DNA of 64,000 nt from Octopus sinensis (taxonomy: Eukaryota). The notes under the pieces are model-generated. The model had not been told where the DNA came from, ran no database searches, and saw only the letters and a program-made list of their open reading frames with translations. Numbering within the stretch: position 1 is the first letter of the stretch; every line of letters begins with the position of its first letter. The stretch lies in the NCBI RefSeq assembly GCF_006345805.1, contig NC_043006.1, positions 90,768,001-90,832,000 of the forward strand, given 5' to 3'. Of this stretch, positions 29,089 through 39,640 are shown piece after piece. Position numbers and translations under genes: made by a program.

Positions 29089-29134
29089 AAACATGTCAAA
29101 GCATTTTTTCAAAGTTGTCTTAGATGTACCTATT
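29089..29134 (+). CDS. Candidate coding exon (KHVKAFFQSCLRCTY...), donor uncertain
   Basis: Strong acceptor ctttttttgttttgttag|AAACAT; open in phase 0. The donor could be T|gtattt or a later ATG|gtaact. Confidence 0.25.
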
Positions 29135-30359
29135 GTATTTTATCAACTTTTAAAATTTCTTTTTTAATGGTAACTTTCAAATTTATCACATGATTGATGT
29201 AGGAATAATTTCATTTCATTGTAACAATAATGTAACAAAAGAATATTTTTATGTATGTGTAAGTAATAAATTGGAAAATAAAAGTAAAATTTACCTGAGG
29301 TTTTATTTTTTTAAAAACATTTTTGCTATTGATCTAATCATGAAATAAATCATAAAGTGAAATTTCAAAAATTAACCAATTTTAGCTTTCAGTTCACAAC
29401 CATGTTTTTATATAGAAAATGTACTATATTTATCTGTAGCATTCAGTAACATCATTATTGGCTAAAAACAACTAATGCTGCTTCCATGTACATGTATGTT
29501 ATTTCTCATTTTTCTTTTGTTTTTTAATTTAAAGAAAAAAGTGTAAACATTTATAGTTTTCTATTTCATTTATATTGATAATTGGTTTAAAAAATTTGAA
29601 GTAATATTAGAGACTCACTTTACATAGTCAAAGTTACAATTAAATACCATTTCCAAAATTTTTCATACTTCAAATGAATACTACATGTTCTAAATTTCAG
29701 GTTTTAAAATTTTAGATAATGTGGTTATATGAAGGAAATTATAAAACATCTGTTTTATTCAACCTGTCAATCAGAAGTGATTGGTCTTATCCAGTAAGAG
29801 CAAATTATTTCATACTGTATAGGGAAAACTAGACTGTTTCAAGTATCTCTGATAATTTGGAAATGTTAAGCAATAGACAAACAGTGAAATCCAGGAATAT
29901 AATAGAAAGCATAATAGAAGCAAGTTCAATAGGATTTGATGGTTAATCAAACTAAACTTGTGGGATTGAATAAATAAGTGTAAGTGGTGGCAGCAATGAG
30001 ATGGATATATATATAATGTCCCTGAATAACCATTTAAGTGAAAATGCTTTGAAATGATAGCAAAGAACAGCCATAATACAGATAGATAAGATACACTAAA
30101 GGAATATTTAGAAAAAGTTAGTTAAATCTTAAAAAATTGTGCACAATCATTTATGCTTCCATTTAATTAGGATGAGGTGGAAGAGAAATCCTGTTAATTA
30201 AACAATTGGGACAGATGAGTAGGTCTATCATGGTTGATTCATTACTCCTTTTAGCCTCTGTAAATTTTTGTCTCAGAACTAAAAGATTTTCATTACTCTC
30301 TTTTGTGCCTATATGTATATGTGTGTGTGGCTACAAACATACATACATATATATATATA

Positions 30360-30600
30360 TATCATCATCATCATCATCATCATTTAATGTTCATTTTCCA
30401 TGCTAGCATGTGTTGAATGAATTTACAAGAACTGGCAAGTCAGAGTATTGTTTCAAGCTGTATTGCCTGATTTGGCATGGTTTCTGCAGCTGATGCCCTT
30501 CCTAACAGCAAACACTTTACTGAGTATAGTGAGTGCTTTTTGCGTGGCACCAGCACCAGTGGGGTCACCAAGTGATTTGCAAGTCAAAGACTCCTTGAGT
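30360..30600 (-). mobile_element. RTE LINE tail fragment
   Basis: (CAT)n-ttaatgttcattttccatgctagcatg... is the rc of the tail consensus. Confidence 0.75.
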
Positions 30601-31039
30601 GGGCGGGTGAGCAGTATTGAGGGAGGTGGCTTTGTGCCAATTGATGAGAGGTTAAAAAGAATAATACAGGGATAGAGATGGGTATCTTGCAGTTGAAGTG
30701 ATACAAGGATATTCCAGTTAGGAAAAAATGGAGAAAAATAGATTTAGAGAGAAAGATAGAAGAAAGGAGAGAGATGGTGGTGGAGATGTGTGAGGGCATA
30801 CAATGGAGGAAGAATATATATGTAGTAAAGTGATGTGGAGGATTGGACTAGAAAATGTTATCTAAAAGAGACAAGAATTCCTTGCCTACATTAAGTCTTA
30901 AAATTAAGGGAGAAAGGGGGGGGTGAACTAAATTATTCTTTTAGGTCTATTTTTTGGTCTATTTGCAATAAATTGTAAATACAGGAAAATTTCTAACAGA
31001 CACTCAGTAAAAATATACAACTGCTGCCCCAATATGAAG

Positions 31040-31410
31040 TACACTATAACTCGTGAAAATCACTAAGAGATGACTCACAGTTGTAACTGTTAGGACCCTG
31101 AAGCTTGCCCACTTGACCAGGCATGTATGATAAACTCTGTCATATACAAGGCTGAAGTTACAGCTATGCTCCAAGACAAATCAGTTGAAAAGAAGAGTTC
31201 CATTGGGTTATGTGAGGGTGAATTCAAGAGACATTATGCAAACCACCTGTCTTCTTTCTGACTGGCACATCAATAAAAGCAATGCAACTAAGTTGGCAAG
31301 CCACATATGGAATTAGAAGAACAGCTCTACACCACATGCAATTAAGTAGAGAATAGAGGAGAAATCCAAGCCATATGTTAATGAATTGAAGAAGTGCAAC
31401 TTATGTGTAG
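31040..31410 (+). mobile_element. Penelope-like GIY-YIG endonuclease remnant
   Basis: CNC.DPEACPLDQACMINSVIYKAEVTA...IGLCEGEFKRHYANHLSSF...ATKLASHIW...KKCNLCVAE; homologous to the cleaner copy at 55049-55600. Confidence 0.8.
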
Positions 31411-32149
31411 CAGAAGGATCTCTTAGGTCCAGCTATTTGCAAATTTTTAGCAAGTATAGATTCATGGACAGGTTTTCTTTTTTCAATTTGAAAAGCTTCA
31501 CCCACACCAGATCGAGTTGGTCTCTTGCAGACTTTGACATATATCCTGTTATTTTGTTCTGAACCATTTGTATTTAATGAGCTTTCTGCAATCAAGGAGG
31601 ATGACGATCTTAGTTTTCTTGATGTCATTTCTTTTTCTCATTCCATTTTTTGTACCAAAATTTTCATGTTTTTTTCTTATTTTCCTACTGTACAGCATCC
31701 TTGTTTTTAAAATATATATAATGCTTAAACAGACCCTGAAAGATTGCTTTAAGATACATGGCATATTTTATTAATATGCTTGTTCAAGTATCATGAAAGC
31801 ATGAAACCATTAATAGCTCTTTTTGTTGTGTATTTAAAGTGATATATATATGATGGCACATAAAGATCACCCACTACAATCTTGGAGTGGTTGGCATTAA
31901 GATAAGCATCCAGCTGTGGAAACCTTGCCAAATCAGATCGGAGCCTGGTGGAATCTCCTGGCTTTCAAGTCCTCAATCAAACCATCCAACCCATGCCAGC
32001 ATGGAAAGTAGAAGTTAAACAATGATGATGATGATGATGATGTGTGTGTGGGGGGGGTTGTCCCCCACCACTGCTTGACAACCAGAGTTGGTGTGTTTAT
32101 GTTCCTGTAACATAGCAATTTGACAAAAGAAACCAATAGAATAAGTACT

Positions 32150-32725
32150 AGTATGAGTGAGGAGTCTAATGTAGGTCGTGTGTGAGTGTGTATTGGTTAA
32201 ATAAAATGAAACAGCAAAGGCAAGGCAGTGTGAAATTTTTAGGGCATTTTATAAAGAGACGGGTAATCTTACAGCTGCTTCAGGGATATAAAAGATTTCC
32301 CCTCATCAGACACGATACGAGAGAGATTAATAGAAGGAAATAGTAGAGTTCAAATGTGTGGACAATTTTTGTAGGATCAGAGATTGTATGTGTTGATGTT
32401 ATTATCACTCTGGTTGTTATGGTTGTCATGGAGGAAGGCTTTCCACTGCATTCTTTGGATGAGGTCCTTAGTTTTGGTGAGTAAGAGGAAAGGTTTTGTG
32501 AAGGAATAGGCGTGTCCTTAAGGGAAATGCCTGCTTCGATAATAGTATGAGTGAAGAGTCTAACGTGGGTTGTGTGTGAGCATGTATTGATTAAATAAAA
32601 TGAGACAACAAAGCCAAGGAAGTGTGAAATTTCTAGGACATTTTATAAAGAGGAGGGTAGTCTTCCAGTTGCTTCCAGGAAATAAAAGATATCCCCTCAT
32701 CAGAGATGGTATGAAAGAATTAAAT
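32150..32725 (-). mobile_element. Internally deleted Penelope-like element: two ~180-bp pLTR repeats around an ORF N-terminal fragment
   Basis: Direct repeats at 32150-32330 and 32545-32725, each with a hammerhead motif. The spacer encodes (minus, frameshifted) SLKDTPIPS...TKTKDLIQRMQWKAFL, typical of Penelope ORF N-termini. Confidence 0.75.
32266..32313 (-). ncRNA. Degenerate minimal type I hammerhead
   Basis: gtgt-CTGATGA-GGGGA..TCCCT-GAAG-C-AGCT-G-TA-agat; A15.1>G. The sister copy at 32660-32707 is more decayed. Confidence 0.6.
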
Positions 32726-32879
32726 ATGTGTGTGTGTGTGTGTGTGTATGTATGTGTTTTGATATTTTCTTAGGCATTGTGATACTCATAACCTGGTGTA
32801 GAATTCAATATATAATGCTTCAGAATGAAGCATTTGTAGAGTACAGAGCAGTAATGAGAAAATGAGATGGCAGTGGAAT

Positions 32880-33083
32880 AAACAATTATTTTATGAACTT
32901 CATCAGCTTACACCTGTTTCTGCCATAAGGTGCAGTGGACTCATAGCCGAGTGCCTGAGTAACACCTTATAGTTTCATTGGTGCTTCAGACATGAAGTGT
33001 GAGGAAGCTATGAGCCAACTGCATTCTATGACAGAAACAGCTGTAAGCTAACAAAGCTAACAAAGTTCATAAAATAATTGTTT
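32880..33083. repeat. Foldback (inverted repeat, arms ~70 bp) carrying hammerhead 3' halves
   Basis: Arms 32880-32947 and 33007-33083; GAAACAG(C/G)TGTAAGCT reads outward in each arm. Confidence 0.75.
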
Positions 33084-33840
33084 GTTCCTTTGTCATCTCA
33101 ATTTTGTATGCTTGTGTATATGTAGATAGATGGACGGATGGGCCTGTTTAAATATGTTTATATATGGATAAATGAATGGTGATGCTTTGATTACAATCTG
33201 TGTGTGCATGTCGAGAGAAGGCAAATATGCAATAAGTCATACATACACAAACTGAACTCCAAGTGATGTGGCTCCAAATCAAACTTCTTAACCATAGAGC
33301 CATACTGCAACAAGATGCCTGTGCATTTATGTGTGTATGGTCACAGGAATATATGTTCCAAATGGAAGTAAAATATGAATTTATTCTGGCTTACACTGGT
33401 TTTTTGTTTGCTGTTTTTGGATTGGTACAAAATATTATTCTGTTACAGCAGGTGAAATTGTAAATTTTATGACACTAAATTAATTAGTTTTCTTTCACAA
33501 AGATTTTGAGCATATAAACTAGTATTATAAATACTTAAATGAAATTTCCTCTATAAGTTTGAGATGACTTGCTTCATATTTAAATATTTATTTGACCAAT
33601 ATTTGACTAAACTAGTCAAAATTATTAGATATTTTAGTGTAGGTGGGAATAATGACTCCACTGTAAAATATTGTAGTAGTATATTTGATTCAGAATATAA
33701 AGTTTGACGTCTACCTGTGTTCATTCTTGAATGTATATGTAGGTGTGTGTATGTACATGGATGTGCAAGTCTGCAACAATGTAGAGCAAAAGGAAAATGT
33801 TGTGTAAATGGAAAAACAACAATATCATATTGATGTGTGC

Positions 33841-33986
33841 ATATACATACATACATACATACACATATACATACATACATACATACATACATACATACAT
33901 ACATGCATGCATGCATGCATGCATGCATGCATGCATGCATGCATGCATGCATGTATGTATGTATGTATGTATGTATGTATGTATGT
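33841..33986. repeat. Palindromic compound microsatellite (TACA)n-(TGCA)n-(TGTA)n
   Basis: Read directly; TGCA is self-complementary and TACA/TGTA are reverse complements. Confidence 0.95.
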
Positions 33987-34040
33987 GTGGTGTAGACAAC
34001 AAACAGATGTATTAGTATAATGCTAGGGAAGTGAAAAAGT

Positions 34041-34076
34041 CTTTAACATTTTGAGCCTACGCTCTTCCACAGAAAG
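34041..34076 (-). ncRNA. Decayed minimal hammerhead relic in a pLTR-like repeat (34020-34230)
   Basis: cttt-CTGTGGA-A-GAGC-gtag-GCTC-AAAA-TG-TT-aaag: helix I and stem II intact, core mutated. Confidence 0.5.
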
Positions 34077-34108
34077 GAATATAGAAAGAAACAAGGAGAG
34101 AAAATAAA

Positions 34109-34143
<35 letters not shown>

Positions 34144-34295
34144 TTGTCATGATTACATATACCTTTTCATATGCATCAGCAATGACTTTCTCACTGGTTC
34201 TGCCTTCCCTGTATATTCCTCCCAAATAAATTGCACTTCATATTTGAGGCTCCAATGAAGCTAAAGGATGTTATTCGGGCACTCAACTATGATAT

Positions 34296-34354
34296 ATTCA
34301 ACCGATGATGGTAAAGCTTATTTAAAGCAAAACCAGAAATCCTGGATCTTGAAT
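34296..34354 (+). ncRNA. Hammerhead-like motif with a CCGATGA core
   Basis: attcaa-CCGATGA-TGGT..gctt..aagc..ACCA-GAAA-TCCTGGA-TC-ttgaat: 6-bp helix I, stem II, near-palindromic helix III, AUC triplet. Confidence 0.6.
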
Positions 34355-34586
34355 TATTCAATAATATTTTTAGCTAGCCTATTTTGTCCCTCTGTCTTAT
34401 CTCATGGTACGATATGAACATTTAACGTGGTTTTTAAAGTCAGGGTTTTGACTGCTATTTCGGTATGGTGGTGTCTCTTAGACACCCTTATTTTTAGTTG
34501 TAAAAAATTATTACCTTTGTACGGTATTTTTTCCCATGCTGGCCACTTGATAATATCAATATTTAAATATCGATATTATCCTTATT

Positions 34587-34649
<63 letters not shown>

Positions 34650-34653
<4 letters not shown>

Positions 34654-35463
34654 TCAGGGTGAATACTTGATAGTTGTAAGCACCTGTATATACCATTTAG
34701 TGGTGTAGGTGATAGAGTATATTAGGAGGAAGTAGATAAACTGTTTAGCCACAAACGAGACAACTGAGATTGACCAATCTACTTGGTCTCCAGACAGTTA
34801 ATTTATGACACCCGTAACATAGGTAGGCCTCAACAACCAGAATACACTATCTTCTGACCACCCTGTTAGTTCTTCATCCCCTTATATAGTCTTTTATTTT
34901 CTTATCCTTATTATTTTTTTCGTCCTTAATTTTCGCTTCTTTATCTATATCTCTATTAATTATATTACCATGTTTTTTTCATGTCCTGTGTATTTATGTA
35001 TATATATTTATATATTTATTTATATATTTATATACATAGATACTTTTTTTTTTATATTCTTATATCTTTCTTATATAATTTTAAAATTTTTTTTACTCTT
35101 TTGTAATCTTTTACTCTTTTACTTCCCCTTTGTGATCCCTAACTCACTAAAGATTCAACCCCCCCAACCCCTTCCCTCTCTAGCTCAACATCCAAACTTC
35201 CTCATTCTACATCAAGTCAAAAGCAGGATGGACGCTTTGATTTTGTGTTGGTGCCCCACTCTGTCGTACGCGACTATAAGGATTTGCATCCCCAACGTAA
35301 AACTTACAATGTAATATATGTCCTTGAAGTAGTAATTGTACGCGGCTGAAGAAGGCCATAGACACACATTTACATCAATTATGCATTGTTATAAAGCTGT
35401 CTAATAAAGGCCCGAAACATATGTACCGCTAAATCCTTTGAGTCATGTTTTTATTTTGATTAA
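34650..35463 (+). mobile_element. Non-coding hammerhead-bearing element (Penelope pLTR or retrozyme-like), flanked by (AT)n
   Basis: Homologous to 51305-51972; relatively CpG-rich; no ORF recognised. Confidence 0.7.
35342..35429 (+). ncRNA. Minimal type I hammerhead ribozyme with intact core
   Basis: gcgg-CTGAAGA-aGGCC-a-tagac...gtcta-ataaa-GGCCc-GAAA-C-ATAT-G-TA-ccgc; ACATATGT palindrome; predicted cleavage after 35425. Confidence 0.8.
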
Positions 35464-35483
35464 TATATATATATATGTATATA

Positions 35484-35770
35484 TATATATTTTCATTTAG
35501 AGATAGTAGGCCCCTTCATCTCACCATATAAAAAAGAATTTTTATTTCAAATACCTACTACTTTATAACTTGGCTACATGTGTTTCATGAGGTACATTTC
35601 CCGTTATATTTTAAGAATGGCTCCAGCAAAACACGGAGTGGTTTAGAAACCGGGAAATGTACCTCATGAAACACGTATAGCCAAGTTGTAAAGTTGTAGG
35701 TATTTAAAATAAAAATTCTTTTTTATATGGTGAGATGAAGGGGCCTACTATCTCTAAGTGAAAATATATA
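35484..35770. repeat. Foldback with 120-bp arms and a 47-bp spacer
   Basis: Arms 35484-35603 and 35651-35770 differ at only a few positions; each carries an outward-reading cgggaaatgtacctcatGAAACAC(A/G)T(G/A)TAGCC. Confidence 0.9.
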
Positions 35771-35835
35771 TTTTGTCATTGAGAATAATTTGAACCCCTG
35801 TTATGCCGGAATTTTTATTCCCTAACAAATAAAAT

Positions 35836-35887
<52 letters not shown>

Positions 35888-35892
35888 TATAT

Positions 35893-36572
35893 AAATAGTA
35901 ATGCAATACGAGAGTATTGCTTTCCAGTAAAGAATAGCCCGTGAGAGAAAATTATACATAGAAGTAAATATATGGTACAACGAAGTACCGATATTTACTG
36001 GAAAATAGCGAACGTAATAAATACGACGCTAATGTATAGCTTCACCGCGTATGTACTAGCAAAAATGCGTGTGTGCAACAAAATTTTTTTAAATTGTCTT
36101 ACCTCCAGGGAGAACATCTGAAAGATGAAATACCTAGAATGGGATAATGTGGTACTGGTTTCAGATTTTTCAAGATATGTCTGCACACATACTTGATTTA
36201 TCTTCATCAGCCAACATATACCTCGACAACATTTCAAATGTTGCCGCATCAATGCCAATACACTCGACTGAAATGCCAAACGCTGACAGAACGAGAACAG
36301 TGAAGAAGTTTCAATAAAAATAGTAATGCAATACGAGAGTATTGCTTTCCAGTAAAGAATAGCCCGTGAGGGAAAATTATACATAGAAGTAAATATATGG
36401 CACAACGAAGTACCGATATTTACTGGAAAATAGCGAACGTAATAAATACGACGCTAATGTATAGCTTTACCACGTATGTACTAGCAAAAATGCGTGTGTG
36501 CAACAAAATTGAAAAAAATTGTCTTACTGCCAGTAAATATCGGTACTTCGTTGTACCATATATTTACTTCTA
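35893..36572 (-). mobile_element. 425-bp-period tandem non-coding element with a hammerhead and a short inverted end
   Basis: 210-bp direct repeats at 35893-36102 and 36318-36527; 36530-36572 is the rc of 35959-36001; the HHR lies in the spacer. Confidence 0.8.
36148..36216 (-). ncRNA. Minimal type I hammerhead ribozyme with intact core and extended stem II
   Basis: tgttgg-CTGATGA-AGAT-aaa-TCAAG-TATGT-gtgcag-ACATA-t-CTTGA-aaa-ATCT-GAAA-C-CA-G-TA-ccaca. Confidence 0.8.
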
Positions 36573-37909
36573 CATATATATATATATATATATATATACC
36601 TGAACAGAGGATGATAACAGGTGGACAAACAACCACACAGACATATATATGTATAAACATATATTTTTGTGAATGGATATACTCAAATATTCTGAATTAC
36701 TGGAAATTAAATGTTGTCCATGTTGCCAGAAAGTAAATAAATATCATTGTACTTGTGCTTTTGTGATTCGAAAGAGATTTGCCTGTTGTTTCTGGTAGAT
36801 TGAACAGTTACGTAAAGGTTTCCTACTTGACTACTTTCATAATCATTATACAAACCTGTTATCTCTGTACTGTATCAACTTGAAGTTTATTTTACTTTCT
36901 ATCATAACAGAAGCCAGTTTTGCATTGTTAAAAATCCATATACCATTCTGATATCTCAATAAATCAATTTAGGTTGATGTTATAATCATGTAAGAATCTA
37001 AGTCTAGCCAACTAGAGCTGAAATACATACAGTGATGTAAAATTAAATATTCTGAAACTAATTTTATGTAGAACATATCAAGGATTTCCTTTAAAAATTG
37101 TTTTCATTTTATTATTGATACATTTGAAACAATACCAATCAGTTGTGAAAAACTGTTAACTACTTTAATTTTACATTAAAGTAGTTTTGAAAAGAAAACA
37201 CAACTGTCACTCAAATGTCACGTGTCTACCTGTTGCATTTTAGGTGCTCCTATTCTTGTTTATGTGCGTGTGTATGAATATACACACACATGCATATGTA
37301 TGTGTGTGTGTTGATGTACACTCACACATTTTCGTATGTGTGCATCATCATTTCACACTCACTTTAATCCTAACATGGGTCAGACAGTATTTGTTGAGGC
37401 AGATTTCCTGCAGCCAGATGCTCTCTGTCATCAGCTTTTACCTGTTCCAAGTAAAGGAATGTGTCACAAGGCAGGACATGTTTTCTATGAAAAATGGAAA
37501 TGAATATCGTTTAGATGACAGTGATGCTTGTGTATGACAATCAAATAATGTCAAGACAAAGCTACACACAAACACACACATGTATACGTATATCTATTTG
37601 TTTGTCTGTCTATCTACCCAGCTAAATAGTAAATAGTAACCATACGACGTTGATTTTATAATAGCACCTAAAACCCAATTAGTCAATCTTTGTCACTATG
37701 CAAGTTTTATTTTTGGTTATCTACACCATCAGAGTTTTATATATTAATATATCTAAATGATATATTTCACAATATAGCTATGGATTGAAAATAATTTTCT
37801 TCTTTATTATTTTTGAGTTCTGTAACATCTTTGTTAATGAAGTAAATGATTGATGAAATGATAGCTAAAACAAGGCAAACTTTGTCTTTGAATATTGGCT
37901 GCATATACT

Positions 37910-38110
37910 CCATCATCATCATCATTTAACATCTGTTGTCCCTGCTGGCATGGGTTGGACGGTTTGATTGGGCTGGCATGCTGGAAGGCTGCACCAGACT
38001 CCACTCTGATTTGGTATGGTTTTCTACGGCTGGATGCCCCTCCTAACAACGCCAACTTCTCTGAGAGTGTAATAGGTGCTTTTACATGCCACCAGCATGG
38101 GTGTCGTTTG
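37910..38110 (-). mobile_element. RTE LINE tail fragment
   Basis: (CAT)n...gctggcatgggttggacggtttg...ggatgcccctcctaacaacgcc. Confidence 0.8.
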
Positions 38111-39259
38111 CATGACATGGATGCTATTATGTGCCAATTTGCGTTATACTGGTTTCTGCCACAACTGTAATTTTGCACATATAACTTAAAAAATAAAATA
38201 TAGTAGTTTTGTATCCAGAAATGCATGTATCCTCCAGCCCATTGATATCATTCACATCCCAGTGATGTGCTTTCATATGCATTGTTTATAATCGAAATTC
38301 TTTTTCTCCCTGGCTAGTTTCTATAGCAAAGGTCTTCCCACATCCAAATTGTACACAAACATATTAAATATAGCTACACACATGCACACATATTTTGCGA
38401 ACCTCCATCCAGCTTTTGTGTGCTATATTTCGGTCATAAGGCTATGGTTTACCTCAGCCTTTGGTAGAAGATATTTAACCAGAGTAGCATGTCATGAGAT
38501 CCAACCCACAACTGTGTGGTTACCAGCCAAGCTACTTAACTATACTGTTGTGCTTGCAAACATCTAATTAGTTTGAAATGAAGAAAGGATGCATTAAATT
38601 AGCTGGTAAAAAATAGAAAGAAGGAAATATTTGAAACACATCAAAATAATAATTTGAAAAACAGTTTCTATGACAAGATATTTGTAAATGAGTTAATCAA
38701 ATATTGTAAAATTCTTGCTTTACCAAAGTACTTTAATTAACTTAGGCATAAGCATTAAACCTATGAATGAGCTAGTTTGAGTATGAAGCTAATAAGTTTA
38801 AAAAGAAAATAGTAAAACAATAATAATGATAAAACTAAAAGTGAATAAAAATAAATTCCTCAAAAGAAATTAAAGAAACAAACAAAAACATTAAAATCCC
38901 AATAAATAAAGATTTCTTGTCTTTAAAGTCAATGTTCTTAACTAGAAAGTGCAGCAAGAATTATCAAAGAAATAATATAGCTAGACGTAAATAATTCCAG
39001 AAATAGAGGATAGTATTTCAAAAGCTATGCACCAGAATGTCTGCAATGGCATAGCTAAAACCAATAGAAGATGAATAAAAACACATCTGATTTTCACATA
39101 CAAGTAGACATTGTGAAGAAGCTGCAGTCAAATAAATGAATGAATAATGTGTGCTTGTGCTTGTGTGTGTTAGTGTGTGCAGGTAATTGAGAATAAAATA
39201 CAAGGAAAAACAAAAGTATTAAATGGAAACTACAATATAGCTTCAGAAAAAATGGCATG

Positions 39260-39640
39260 TGTATTCCACTGGATCTATTAAAAACACAGGTTATGCAATG
39301 AACCCACCTTCAGCCCCAAGGACAATATTGGTGCCAACATGGAAGTAACTGAGAGCCAGAATCAGGCAGTTCTTGTACATGTTCCCCATCATGTCTTTGA
39401 CATTGTAGGATTGCGACTGGCCTTCCTTTTGATGATACGCTCCAGACATAATAGTCCGTTGAGTGGAGCTCAAATCAAGAGAACTTGGAGGCCACATTTT
39501 TTATGTTCTTATAGTCATGAACATTCTTAACCTGCAACTTCAGTGTTCTGAGCACTTTATGGGAGGAAGTAGAGTCCTGCTGGAACATGTACAACTTACC
39601 CTACCCATTCTTCAACAACATGATGGACACATAATTTATT
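39260..39640 (-). pseudogene. Tc1/mariner-superfamily transposase C-terminal remnant
   Basis: GKLYMFQQDSTSSHK...WPPSSLDL...VLGAEGGFI corresponds to the FQQD.A..H, WPPSSPDLNP and A.GG motifs. Confidence 0.85.

Noticed and set aside
35893-36572. CRISPR-like or prokaryotic repeat array
   Set aside because: The repeats are 210 bp with no short repeat-spacer periodicity, and the context is eukaryotic.
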